A stretch of DNA of 64,000 nt from assembly GCA_951406725.2 (NCBI GenBank), contig OX597830.1, forward strand, positions 60,264,001-60,328,000, given 5' to 3'. Each line of letters opens with the position of its first letter. Positions within the stretch are counted from its first letter, which is position 1. The DNA comes from Octopus vulgaris (Eukaryota). Position numbers and translations under genes: made by a program. This document shows, piece after piece, positions 27,501-41,174 of the stretch. The notes beneath the pieces were generated by a model, which made no database searches, had not been told where the DNA came from, and saw only the letters and a program-made list of their open reading frames with translations.

Positions 27501-28280
27501 AGGGAAGGAAGAATTTACTCTAAGACTGGAATCGTGACTCGAAGGCTTGGAACAGCGTCGATTACTTTAAAGATAGGCAAGGAACAAGTGGTGATGTTAA
27601 AACTAGGTGAATGAATAAAGCTACTATACAAGTATAGGAACGATTCATCGATAAATTTCATCACAGTTTATGCCTAACAAATTTTCCTCTGAAGACTTTA
27701 GTTAACCTCGGATTATGGTGGAAAACATTACACAAGTTTCCGTGCTCAGGGTTTGAAACCGATACGACAGAATTGTAAAACGTGCTTCTTTATGTTATCT
27801 GTGTGTTAAAATGGTATGACATTCTGTTAAAATGGTATGACAAAACATTGGGCACCATTGCAATAGCATGATCAAAAACAAGACAGTTCAAAGGAAATAA
27901 ATACATGTTGCAAAAAAAACTAGATGAGATAGGTATGGTGGGAGGGAACCGCATTATCTTGAAACGGTCCCAGGATTCTGAATATTACATTGACTACCAA
28001 CCATTACCAGAAAATCAAAATTAACTTTAAAAAAACATTCCTAAAAGAGGATTAGAAGTTTAATCAAGATGGTTCACTCATGCATTGAGGTTGATATACA
28101 CGACAATATCAAAGCAAATGGGAGGATTCAAATAAAACGTACTGCGGATTATTACTTTTTCATGACTTTAACTTGAAATTGGAGATTTATTTACTTACTA
28201 GATTACATAATAAATATATTCATCCTATATAACGTATCGAATGACTTAGTTTTAAGAAACCACTTTGTTATATATATTAT

Positions 28281-28421
28281 TAAAGCTGAAAAAAACTCTT
28301 CATAAACTGTTACTCAGAGTTTCTCACCTTTCCGTTCTTCGAACATTTGTGATCACAACTGTCCGACGAACAGTAACGTGGAACTTTGTGTAATAGTTTG
28401 TGAAGAGTTTTTTCGGCTTTA
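28281..28421. repeat. Imperfect inverted repeat with two degenerate hammerhead motifs
   Basis: TAAAGCTGAAAAAAACTCTTCATAAACTGTTAC pairs with GTAATAGTTTGTGAAGAGTTTTTTCGGCTTTA; CCGACGA core on the right arm, GAAA-CTCTGAG-TA on the left arm (minus strand). Confidence 0.6.
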
Positions 28422-28539
28422 ATAAAAAAGCATATTATTCTACCTTAGGCATTCGATTATTAAATTTTGCACCTTGTTTTGCATTTATGTGCTTATATGT
28501 GTGTGTGTGTGTATGTATTTCTCTCTCTCTCTCTTTCTC

Positions 28540-28578
<39 letters not shown>

Positions 28579-28595
28579 AATATATATATATATAT

Positions 28596-28726
<131 letters not shown>

Positions 28727-28830
28727 ATATACATATATCTATATATGTGTACGTGTATAGATATATACACGTACGTGTATACAAATATATATATTATATT
28801 ATATATTTGTGTATATGTGTTTTATTTCTG

Positions 28831-28876
<46 letters not shown>

Positions 28877-29318
28877 ACATGCAGAAAGAGAACGAGAGAG
28901 AGAGAGAGGTGGTGGAGAGAATGCAGTTTGGGAGACAAGCAGCCAGCCAGGTTCACGAAGAGAAAAATCGTAAGACGACGACGCTATGATATATATATAA
29001 ATCATATGTAACAAACATGGCGTTCACCAAGTTTGTCTCTTTTTTCTCTTCTTGATTTTCTTTTCTTTCATCAGATAAGCCGCAGCACAATGAGATACAT
29101 TGTCGCATTTTTATACTTAATTCTACCTCTAGTTTTACTAGCTGTGATTAAATCTCTCAGCTCTAGACTGCAGTACCTGCCTGAAGCCGCACGCATGTTT
29201 TGATAACACACCCACCGCCAACAATCTATATTTGGCTTCATCCGCTAAACTGGTTTAACTTACATTAGAGAATACTAATGAGATTATGTCTTGAATTCCT
29301 CCAACGTAAACACACACA

Positions 29319-29390
<72 letters not shown>

Positions 29391-29558
29391 GCATATATAC
29401 ATACATATATATATATGCATATATACATACATATATATATATGCATATATACATACATATATATATATATACATATACATATATATATACATATATATAT
29501 ATACATATATACATATATATATACATACACACACACACACATATATATATATAGATAC

Positions 29559-29589
<31 letters not shown>

Positions 29590-29767
29590 TATACATATAT
29601 ATATATATATCATATACATATATACTCATATACATATATATATATAAACATGCACATATATATGCATATCAACCTACACATACATACACGCACACATACA
29701 CGCACACATACACGCACATACGCACACACACGCACATACACGTATAAATACGCATATAGATATGCAT

Positions 29768-29915
29768 GGAAGCGAGTGACTTTGTGGTTTAGGTGCTGCA
29801 CTCGTGAACGTAAGTTGCGGTTTCAATTCTTAGCCCGGGCGATGCGTTGTCTTCTTGAGCAAAACACTTCATTCTACCTTCCTTCAATCCACTCAACTGG
29901 CAGAAATGAGTAACC
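29768..29915 (+). mobile_element. SINE family C, degenerate
   Basis: tRNA-like head followed by CTTGAGCAAAACACTTCATT..CCACTCAACTGGCAGAAATGAGTAACC central domain. Confidence 0.55.
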
Positions 29916-30190
29916 CGTCCAGTAGAGGGTTATACATGTTACAGAATCTGGGAAACCAGCCTCATGTGCATAGAGCTTGTGAAGAACCTTTTACAAACGC
30001 ACACGCGCATACTATTCTTAAACACACATATTATTGATAGTGACTGAGAGAGAGAGAGGGGAGGAGAAGAGAAAGATAAAGAGAGAGAGAGATAGTCAAT
30101 TCAAATAAACGAACAATAAAATTAATAATAACTAATAACATGAGGACGTGCACAAGGAATGTATCAGTTTGGCGCTCGTTAAAAAGAGAG

Positions 30191-30223
30191 ATTGACGTTT
30201 CGAGCATAGCTCTTCGTCGGAAT
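30191..30223 (-). ncRNA. Minimal hammerhead motif (CCGACGA core)
   Basis: Reverse complement: ATT-CCGACGA-A-GAGC-tat-GCTC-GAAA-CG-TC-AAT. Confidence 0.6.
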
Positions 30224-30340
30224 GGAGAAAGGAACAATTCAAAGAAGGAAAAGAAATCGCCAACAGCATGTGTGTAGTTACATTGCTTTATATCGTTATC
30301 TCCTACACGCATTTTTTCTCTCCTTGTTTTTTCTGTGTAT

Positions 30341-30376
30341 CTTTCTATCGAAGAGCGTAGGCTCGAAACGTAAAAG
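30341..30376 (+). ncRNA. Hammerhead-like motif with degenerate core
   Basis: CTTT-CTATCGAA-GAGC-gtag-GCTC-GAAA-CG-TA-AAAG; paralog at 54513. Confidence 0.4.
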
Positions 30377-30475
30377 TCTTTTTCTATTTCTATTCCTGAG
30401 CGCTATACTAATACATTTGTTTGTTTGTACTCCACATGCCTTCGTCTTTTGTTTATTTTCGTAAACTTTCCCGCT

Positions 30476-30507
<32 letters not shown>

Positions 30508-30765
30508 TGTATCGCCTGCTTACTACACTTCTAATTTTTCTCCTTTCATCGTGCCACTTCGTATTTATATTTTATATACAGGTTTCTTATTAATATTTCA
30601 TATTCATATATTTTATATTTATTATATTTTTCATATTTTTTCATATATTTTTCCTTATTTTTTGCATATTCTTTTATTTGTTTCAATCATTTTGACTGCG
30701 GCCATGCTGGAGCGCCGACTTTGGTCAAACAAATAGACCCCAGGACTTATACTTTGTAAGCCTAC

Positions 30766-31640
30766 TACTTGTTCTCCCCTTCCGGTGGCTTACATCTCAC
30801 CGAAGGCATTTCGGGACATGTCATCGCCGGCAATGCCCGGTTTTTCTTTTTCTTCTTCTTTCTTTTCCCCTTTGCGACGGGAGGGTGGAGTTCCTCCGAC
30901 ATGTCCGGAGTTCCCTCCTCCCCTCCCGCCACTTTAGGGTCCATCGGTGGGCAACCATTGTTGCCCACCTTCTTTCTCTTAGTACCTTTTCTCGAGGAGG
31001 TTACCTCCTCCTCGACTTTCTCCCTCTCTCCCTCCAATGAAGAAGCAGGAGGCTCCGTTGGGGAAACAGGGGGTTTACAGTCATCAATCAACTGTTCCAG
31101 GACCTTCGCCTGGTCCCGGCTACAGTTCTTCTTCATACGCCCTGATTCCAGACACAGGTGACACTTGGGGGGGGGGGGGCATCAATAATCACCGGGTGCC
31201 TGGAACCGGCCATTGTCAAGAAATCTAGTAAAACCAGATCTTCGGCTGATTGGGCTCATAGGGTCAAAATTGCTTTGGACCCGACCTAATCGACCACAGG
31301 CAGTATTTTTACATTCAAGAGCCTGGCAGGGTCACTACCCAGGCCTCGACGGATAGAATTTTCTATCCACTCAGTCTCTATACCGGGCGGCAGCCCACAC
31401 AACCAGGCTCTTGTGGGGAGAAACACAATCTCCTTCCCATCTATAGATTGGCTTGTAAATTTCTGAGCCTCCGTAGGGGTGTCGAAAAGCATGCACACCG
31501 TTGTGTACTTTGCACTCCTACGGACGAACCTATAAGTTGACACAAATCCCACCAACTCTTCTTCAATTTCAGTCTGAGGGAATACACAGAAGGTGTCGCG
31601 GACCTTCCAATAGGTCCGCAACACCACCGTTCTCTCATCA
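30766..31640 (-). pseudogene. L1/Tx1-type LINE ORF1 fragment (zinc knuckle plus basic tail)
   Basis: Homologous to 60932-61540; PKCHLCLESGRMKKNC knuckle remnant and Lys-rich tail. Confidence 0.6.
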
Positions 31641-31684
31641 TAGCTTTTTGACCACTCCTTGATATATATAAATCATATAAGTAA

Positions 31685-31710
31685 GAGAAGCCCGTTACAT
31701 GTGTGTGTGC

Positions 31711-31761
<51 letters not shown>

Positions 31762-31945
31762 TGTACCCCCACCATCGCTTGACAACAAATGTTGGTGTGT
31801 TTACGTCCCCGTAACTTAGCAGTTCGGCAAAAGGTACCGATCGAATAAGTATTAGGCTTACAAAGAATAAGTCCTATAAAGAATAAGGCTATTAGGTGGT
31901 GCTCCAGTATGGCCGCTGTCAAATGACCGAAACGCATAAAAGAAA
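31685..31945 (+). mobile_element. SINE A 3' half
   Basis: GGTGTGTTTACGTCCCCGTAACTTAGC..AGGCTTACAAAGAATAAGTCC. Confidence 0.8.
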
Positions 31946-32017
31946 AACAGAATATACATGTATGTATGTATTAAATTGCAAATTAAAAGCATCGCTAGTA
32001 ATGTAGGCATTACCACG

Positions 32018-32486
32018 TGCTCTGTTTATTCGCAGAATTCGCTACGGTGAGATTCCCTAATAACGTTTGGTGAGCTTCCCTAATAACGCTGGTTATTAAA
32101 ACACCTGAAAGTCATAGACCAGGTAAGACAACTCGAGTCAGATCGAATCAAGAGTTGCGGATACTGATATTTCGCCATTGTTGTGGCTTATTAACACGAC
32201 ACACTTGGTTCAAACGGAAGACGAACTGAATCGCCGGTCTATGGCTATATACAAATAGTATGAAAAATATTGGATGATGTGCTACGGCGATGCACAAGTG
32301 GAAGTAAATGAAATTACGAATTAAATGCAGTGATAGTGTTGTAAACATTATCCATCGTACGCAAACAATGTATGTGTTTTATTTAATCACCGAATTCACC
32401 ACAGTATAGCGTTTTAACACACAGCATTATTAGGGAATTTCCCTGAAACGCTATCCCGCAGCGAATTTGGCGAATAAACAAAACAC
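32018..32486. mobile_element. MITE-like element with ~31-bp imperfect TIR
   Basis: GTGCTCTGTTTATTCGCAGAATTCGCTACGG versus CCGCAGCGAATTTGGCGAATAAACAAAACAC; subterminal TTCCCTAATAA repeats. Confidence 0.6.
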
Positions 32487-32509
32487 ATTCATTTTTTATG
32501 TACGATAAA

Positions 32510-32980
32510 TTCGTGTGTCAAATACCTAGCTAGAGGCGGTGGCCTCTTGGAGCTAATCAGTGACAGCTTTAGTCTTATATTTATAGACTGCCATATTAGT
32601 ATGGCGATAACCATTAATATCCAGTAACGCTGCCGTAATCTCCTTTAGAGAGACTTAGTAATTTTAATATTTCTATTATTGAAAGCAAGTGGATGTATTC
32701 CACTGTAACTAGGTAAATAAAATCTTCGAACAGACGGTCAGTAGCGACACCTGCGGGTCTGACTACGCTGCATTGATAAAGGGCAACAACCCCGAAACAT
32801 GTCTGCAGATGTCTGACTAGCAAGGTGAAGCGGCTGACCTCCCCTGTTGGAAGGTTGTAATGGACGCAGGTTCGTGTGTCATATAGCTAGCTATAGGCAG
32901 TGGCCTCTTGGAGCTAATCAGCGACAGCTTTAGTCTTATATTTATAGACCGTCATATTAGAATGGCGATAACTATTAATA
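32510..32980 (+). mobile_element. Hammerhead-bearing tandem repeat element, ~361-bp unit (retrozyme or Penelope pLTR-like)
   Basis: 32510-32618 is repeated at 32871-32980; hammerhead at 32768-32808; homologous to 57381-57783. Confidence 0.75.
32768..32808 (+). ncRNA. Type I hammerhead ribozyme motif, U3:A8 core variant
   Basis: CTGCA-TTGATAA-aGGG-caacaa-CCCc-GAAA-CATG-TC-TGCAG. Confidence 0.7.
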
Positions 32981-32993
32981 TATATATATATAA

Positions 32994-33031
<38 letters not shown>

Positions 33032-34161
33032 CCTTCTCTTTCGCTCTCTTAGTCGGTATATATCTCTAGTAAATGCATCAAAAGGACCTCAACGCTTATT
33101 TTATAAACTCATTGTTTACCTGTTTTGACTCAACGATGGCGGAAAAACCAGGGCGTTTTGATACATTTGCGAGAGAGAAATATAGACTGAAAGAAAGAGA
33201 GAGAGAGGGGGGCAGGCAGATAGACAGACAGAGAGACAAACAGAGAGAAAGGTAAGATAGAGAAGATAATTTGAGAGTGACGGAAAAAATATTAAGAGTA
33301 AAGATGTCTATGAAAATTTCCAGTTGCTGTAACTTTACACTCAGCAACACAGATGAGCGATGACCTTGTTTATATTTGATGAAGGTAAAACGATTAACTC
33401 AAAAATGGCCACAACTCGAAAGCTCTCATCAACTGACAACTGTGTGATGATATTGTACGCAAGGACTTTGCTTATAGTCGTGCCAGCTGTTCGATTGTAA
33501 TTGTATGAGAAACATGACAATTGCATCTGTTGAAATTTGCAAAGAACTCCTTCACCGAATTCTCTCTTCTGTCTTTAAAATCCGCGCAAGTTGGTTGAAC
33601 AATGAGAATAGAGTAGAGGGCAGCAATTAACCGACATATTTAGCAAATATTAAAGACTAACCAGTTGAATAGTTATCTCTTCCTTACAATTCACAAAACC
33701 TGAAACGTGGTTGTTCGAACTGCTAGAAGTAGCAGCTAAAGTCTCCTTCAAATTACACTCCAGAAAAGGCCGCCGTGGATAAGATCCTGAGTTTCCTGTA
33801 CATAATAAAAGACAGGACGGTTATATCTGGCATGGCTCTGATTAGAGGTTTGTTTGATCAGGACTCACTTGAGGCTAAACGACAATAACTGATGTTTCCT
33901 CTGGTTAGTAATCCGGTGAAACACATTTTCTAGGAACAATTCATTTCGGTTTTAACTTCAATACAAATTTCTTCACAAGCCATTTATTTTGATGATTTCA
34001 AGACATTAAGCTTAGATGTTGTTTGGTTTTTACTTGTACACAACTGTCGATAAATATTTACGCGGTTGCGCAAAACAATTTGCTTTTAGATCAAAGTTTC
34101 ACAAAAACTTGCATGACACCAAGATTATAATGAACCATAACTACAATCCATATATATTTTG

Positions 34162-34575
34162 GGATCTTTTCGGTTTGAACGGCAGTTTTTAACATAATTT
34201 CTAGGTAACTAAACACTTTTAAACTTCGTATACTGGTAGAATGTGTTTATAAAACTTCTTTTTCTCTTGGCTTTATTGAGAAAATTCTATAGTTTGTAAG
34301 ATATTTATTGTTTTTTTCTTCAGTTTCTGCAATATCAACCAATCACTGACGTCTATTGAGGTAAAAAAAAACATTCTGTGCCGTATGAATATGTCCCTCG
34401 TCTAAGAAGCAGATTGGGTTTATTTACATTTGTGAAGAAAAAAAGATACCCTTCTCCCCTAACCCTAACCCTAAAACAGATTGAAATGCAATAGATAGAT
34501 ACTAGGGTCATAACTATGGGTGACAATTTCATATGACACCGCTAGAAAAAAATGCCGTTCAAACCGAAAAGATCC
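34162..34575 (+). mobile_element. GGATC-TIR MITE copy 2, 8-bp TSD ATATTTTG
   Basis: TIRs present; TSD at 34154-34161 and 34576-34583. Confidence 0.92.
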
Positions 34576-34768
34576 ATATTTTGGTCTAGTAAAAAAAACT
34601 ATTTTTTATTGATTCTTTTTAAATGTCTCACCCTGTACGAATAAATATTTTTTCCATCCAGTGCTAGCCAGAGTTTTTATTGTCCGAGCATTAACTAGTC
34701 AGTATAGTTTGACATTTAGAAGTTGCTAGACAGTATCTTACAGTTATATGTGCATATAATTACATATA

Positions 34769-34931
34769 CGCAGGAGTGGCTGTGTGGTAAGTAGCTTGCT
34801 AACCAACGACATGGTTCCGGGTTCAGTCCCACTGCGTGGCACCTTGGTCAAGTGTCTTCTGCTATAGCCCCGGGCCGACCAATACCTTGTGAGTGGATTT
34901 GGTAGACGGAAACTGAAAGAAGCCCGTCGTA

Positions 34932-34994
<63 letters not shown>

Positions 34995-35210
34995 ATGTGT
35001 TTGTGTGTCTGTGTCTGTCCCCCCAACATTGCTTGACAACCGATGCTGGTGTGTTTACGCCCCCGTCACTTAGCGGTTCGGCAAAACAGACCGATAGAAT
35101 AAGTACTGGGCTTACAAAAGAATAAGTCCCGGGGTCGATTTGCTCGATTAAAGGCAGTGCTCCAGCATGGCCGCAGTCAAATGACTGAAACAAGTAAAGG
35201 AGTAAAAAAG
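34769..35210 (+). mobile_element. SINE A, full length
   Basis: A and B boxes, internal (TA)n(GT)n, conserved tail. Confidence 0.92.
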
Positions 35211-35530
35211 TATACAAAATCTAACTATATTTACAGGGCTTTCATCAGTAACATGGTGAAAGGTCCTCACGATGCTGGTGTTAGGATTTTTATTTTATCT
35301 TAAAACAGAATAGACACGTACACACAACAGGTATATTACAAACATACACAAACACACACACATACATGTGCGCACAAATACAGACACGCGCGCACACACA
35401 CACAAACACACACACATACACACACGCATATATCGATGACATATTTGCCTATATTCATTACATTCCCTCTATCACACACATATACACACGTCCCCACACA
35501 TATTCACTCACATATATTCTGTATGATTTT

Positions 35531-35559
35531 ATACATACGTACATACATACATACATACA

Positions 35560-35593
<34 letters not shown>

Positions 35594-36094
35594 CATACAT
35601 GCATGCATACATACATACATATATACATAGATACCTACATACATATATACATGCATACATATATACATAGATACATACATACATACATACATACGTACAT
35701 ACATACATACATACATACATACATACATACATACATACATACATACATACATACATACATACGTACGTACATACGTACATACATACATACATACATACAT
35801 ACATACTACATACATACATACATACATACATACATACATACATACATACATACATACATACGTACATACATACATACATACATACATACATACATACATA
35901 CATACATACATACATACATACATACATACATACGTACATACATACATACATATATACATACATACATACATACGTACATACATACATACATACATACATA
36001 CGTACATACATACATACGTACATACATACATACATACATACATACATACATACATACATACATACATACATACATACATACATACATACATACA
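35531..36094. repeat. (ATAC)n tetranucleotide array
   Basis: Direct inspection. Confidence 0.95.
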
Positions 36095-37650
36095 GGCAGG
36101 CAGGCAGAGAGACAGACACACAGACATATAGATTACTGCAGGCACTAATATACATTTTTTTTTTTTTAATTTCTCAATTCTACTCTTTGGGGATTTCTCG
36201 TCTGACAACTCTATAAGTAACTACACTTACACATAGTGACTTGTGACGACCAATGTCAAATTAAATATATCAGGAGATTTTACTGAAGATCGTACTACAG
36301 AAATTGCTTTGAGCAGCTACAACGATAAGTCTAATATTGATTTCCCAAATTACGAAACAAGAGAGAAAGAGAAGAGAGGCCCTATGAATATTAAAGAGAC
36401 AGAATATACAGAAACGTAACCAATATTATTTTTAAGTGGAGCCTAATATTACTACGATTATTTTACCTCATATCTTTACATTTGTTGAAAGCAGTTACAA
36501 TCTATCAACAGATGAAAAGACTATTTGATTATTTTCTCAAATTAATTCCGATAAGAATTTTTAATGGAGACTGGAAATCGGCATACGGGACTGTGAATAT
36601 AGATAAAAAACGATAATATATTTATTATCTCTTTCTATCTGTATACAGTCTGTCTGCTTCGATGAAATACAAACGTTAGTATTAATATCTTCATAGGAAT
36701 GAGACATTTACTAAGAATAATCAATTATTAGAACACTGTTGAACATATTCATGATGGTTATATAATCAGGAAAATGTATAGAGATTGTCTTGTGTCTACG
36801 ACGTGTCTAAAGGACGCCTTAACCAAAACAACACACACGAAAATAAATGACGTAAATTAAGACCTTCTATTTAATGATGGTTTTTAACTGAAACACCATT
36901 GGAGATATACCACATTAATCTAAGACTAGTTGAACAGTTAGCTGAAAATAAAAGATTGTATCTTCAAAGACTGATGAAATTCTGCCCTAATAGACGAGGC
37001 AAGTCGCAACCAAATATAGTATTAAATGCTGGTATTTTCAGTAAATACATATTTTTTGTTTTATCTAAAAGGAAAAGCCTAATGTCTAGTATTAAACAAT
37101 TCTGTATGGAATAGTTATTAACTTTCATGAGCCCGTAATGTGAAGCCAGGGAAGTCTTTTAAATCACTGAATTTTTTTCTTGGTTCATGTCTCTGCTCTG
37201 TCTCTTCTGGTTCCGCTGTTTTTTTCATTTTGATGACTGTGATCATCATCTGTTCCATGTGTCAAAAGTGTATTGAAAGTTGCTAAGAAGAGCTCCAACA
37301 GTTCGTACGCTGTCACTGGCTCCACTGGTGCTAGAGTCATTTGTTTCATCTGTAGGTGTTACTTAAACCCGAGACTGTAAAATAGCTTTGATAGCTTTTG
37401 GCATTAGCAAACTTTGTCAGATCGCTTTTCTTTGAGTTTGTGTTTTTGGTATCCACTTAAGGACTTTCGCAAACGCGCTGTTATTTCTCCTGGGTCTTAA
37501 CCGCTTTTAAAAAACTAGGATAAAATGTCCCATCAACAGCAGGACAGAGCTTGATTGTAGAGGATGAATAGGATGCAAACAAATGAAGAATGCTTTTATC
37601 CAAGTCTCCAGTTCAATGATCAGACAAAACCTACGAAACAGAAATATTGA

Positions 37651-37716
<66 letters not shown>

Positions 37717-37721
37717 TCTCT

Positions 37722-38122
37722 CTCTTTTACTTGTTTCAGTCATTTGAGTGCGGCCATGCTGGAACACCGCCTTTAGTCGAGCAAATCGACCCCAGGACTT
37801 ATGCTTTGTAAGCCTAGTACTTATTCTATCGGTCTCTTTTGCCGAACCGCTAAGTTACGGGGACGTAAACACACCACCATCGGTTGTCAAGCGATGTTGG
37901 CGGGGACAAACACAGACACACAAACTCACACACATATATATATATATATACATATATACGACGGGCTTCGTTCAGTTTCCGTCTACCGAATCCACTCACA
38001 AGGTTTTGGTAGCCCGAGGCTATAGCAGAAGACACTTGCCCAAGGTGCCACGCAGTGGGACTGAACCTGGAACCATGTGGTTGGTTAGCAATCTACTTAC
38101 CACGCAGCCACTCCTGTGCCTA
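37722..38122 (-). mobile_element. SINE A, full length
   Basis: Same structure as the other copies. Confidence 0.92.
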
Positions 38123-38280
38123 TATTTCATTGTTGAAATAAAAACATAAAGAAATTATTCTTAACCCATTCCATCAGAACTGATTATGTTACAGTTATAG
38201 CTTCGTGAAAATTGCATTGTCGAGTTGTTTAAATTAAAAAAAAACAAAAAACATAATTATATATTTTTACTATTTTTTTA

Positions 38281-38505
38281 AGGCGTCGTGTTGGCATCTT
38301 TAGCGCGTCGAACAAAATGCTTGGTGGCATTTCTTCTGGCTCTGTACGTTCTGGGCGCAAACCCTACCGAAGTCAACTTTGTCTTTCATCCTTTCAGGAT
38401 CGATAAAATAAAGTATAAGACAAGTAATAAGCTCGATGTAATCGACACTTCGCCCGCCCGCCCGTCCACCCAATATTGCTGGCCTAGTGTCAAGATTAGA
38501 AAGAA
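38281..38505 (+). mobile_element. SINE B, degenerate
   Basis: CTTTCATCCTTTCAGGATCGATAAAATAAAGTA central domain. Confidence 0.7.
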
Positions 38506-38515
38506 TTGTTTTATG

Positions 38516-38935
38516 GGATCTTTTCGGTTTGAACGGCAGTTTTTAGCATAATTTCTAGGTAACTAAAAAATTTTAAACTTCGTATACTGGTAGAATGTGT
38601 TTATAAAACTTCTTTTTCTCTTGGCTTTATTGGGAAAATTCTATAGTTTGTAAGATAGTTGCTGGTTTTTTTCTTCAATTTCTGCAATTTCAACCACTCA
38701 ATGACGTCCATTGAGGTAAAAAAAAACATTCTGTGTCGTATGAATATGTCCCTCGTTTAATAAACAGATTGGGTTTATTTACATTTGTGAAGAAAAAAAG
38801 ATACCCTTCCCTCCACCCCTAACCCTAATCCTAAAACAGATTGAAATGCAATATATCGATATTAGGGTCATAATTATGGGTGACAATTTCATATGACACC
38901 GCTAGAGAAAAATGCCGTTCAAACCGAAAAATTCC
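38516..38935 (+). mobile_element. GGATC-TIR MITE copy 3, 8-bp TSD GTTTTATG
   Basis: TIRs present; TSD at 38508-38515 and 38936-38943. Confidence 0.92.
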
Positions 38936-39286
38936 GTTTTATGTCTTACGTAAGCGTTGTTTTTATCTGTATGTCACAGAAACTCCCGCAGACGATATTT
39001 AGGATACATTTACTATTGACTTAGCATAGCAGTTCATTGTCATGGCAACATATAGGACCGACTAAGATATGAAAATTCTAAGTTATTAACTAGGATAAGC
39101 TCTAATCCTACTGGTTGTGTCCGCTCTGAGCTGGCAGAGAAAACTGACGATAACTGAGAATTCACGCTGTTCACATATTATGACGGAATGTCTCAATAAT
39201 TTCGGACATTCAATAGCTTTTTATAATATTTCACGTCTCCAAGACGGCGAGGTGGTAGGATTAGATATTATAAAAACACACACTAC

Positions 39287-39822
<536 letters not shown>

Positions 39823-40218
39823 CGCATTCGGTGTGAATGATTTTTTATACGGCATCGAGTTTACAATCCTGTAACTAATATTAATGGTATTTTTATATAA
39901 GCTTAAAGTTTATGGCGGTCACCGTGCAATAACTATGGAAAATAGTCTAATAAAGGGGTATATAAGCCCTCGACAGAAAAATGAAGGCTTTCCTATCTGC
40001 CTGGAAGTCGAACACACATCCCTTTATTAACGCGACTGAGTGTGTTACCTTTACACCAGCAAATCAGTCTCCCCATTTCTGTCAAATTTAAGAACTATAA
40101 CAGTCCGTGTTTGTTATATATATATATGTGTGTGTGTGTTTGTATGTGTGTATGTATGCATATTATATATAGTCATACACACACACATACATATATATGT
40201 ATATATATATATGTATGT

Positions 40219-40303
<85 letters not shown>

Positions 40304-40637
40304 CATATATATATAATCAAAATAAGCAACAAGAATGACTCCGGTAATTTGGTACGATCGGTTCGTACTACATCATTTTATTAAATGTTGTAAGTATTAC
40401 AACAGTTTTAAAATGCTGAGCACTCATCAGCCAATTATAGAGGTTTTCCATTAATACAAAAATTTTCATATCAAGTGGCAACATTATAGAGAAGGTAGAT
40501 ATATAGACAAAGATGTGGATTTAAATTTTAAGAATATTTGAGGTAGTGGAGCCCATCAACTGACTGACTAAGATTCAGTTGTTCCAGACTACTGTAAGGT
40601 TCTGAGAAGGAAGAACAAATGAAAGGAGACAATAAAG

Positions 40638-40682
<45 letters not shown>

Positions 40683-40685
<3 letters not shown>

Positions 40686-40841
40686 AGTGGCTGTGTGGTA
40701 AGTAGCTTGCTAACCAACCACATGTTTCCGGGTTCAGTCCCACTTCGTGGCATCTTGGGCAAGTGTCTTCTACCATAGCCCCGGGCCGACCAATGCCTTG
40801 TGAGTCGATTTGGTAGATGGAAACTGAAAGAAGCCTGTCGT

Positions 40842-40903
<62 letters not shown>

Positions 40904-41105
40904 CTGTGTATGTCCCTCTAGCATTGCTTGACAGCCGATGCTGGTGTGTTTACGTCCCCGTCACTTAGCGGTTCGGCAAAAGAGACCGATAGAATAAGTA
41001 CTGGGCTTACAAAGAATAAGTCTCGGGGTCGAGTTGCTCGATTAAAGGTAGTGCTCCAGTATAGCCGCAGTCAAATGACTGAAACAAGTAAAAGAGAGTA
41101 AAAGA

Positions 41106-41106
<1 letters not shown>
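40683..41106 (+). mobile_element. SINE A inserted in (TA)n
   Basis: A and B boxes and tail; (TA)n on both sides. Confidence 0.92.

Positions 41107-41174
<68 letters not shown>

Noticed and set aside
33341-33535. Possible minus-strand exon after TTTCAACAG
   Set aside because: No recognisable domain and no convincing donor.
34769-34840. tRNA gene
   Set aside because: The A/B boxes belong to SINE heads that continue into the SINE body; no complete cloverleaf.
36280-36312. CTGAAGA...GAAA hammerhead-like spacing
   Set aside because: No supporting helices; likely chance.
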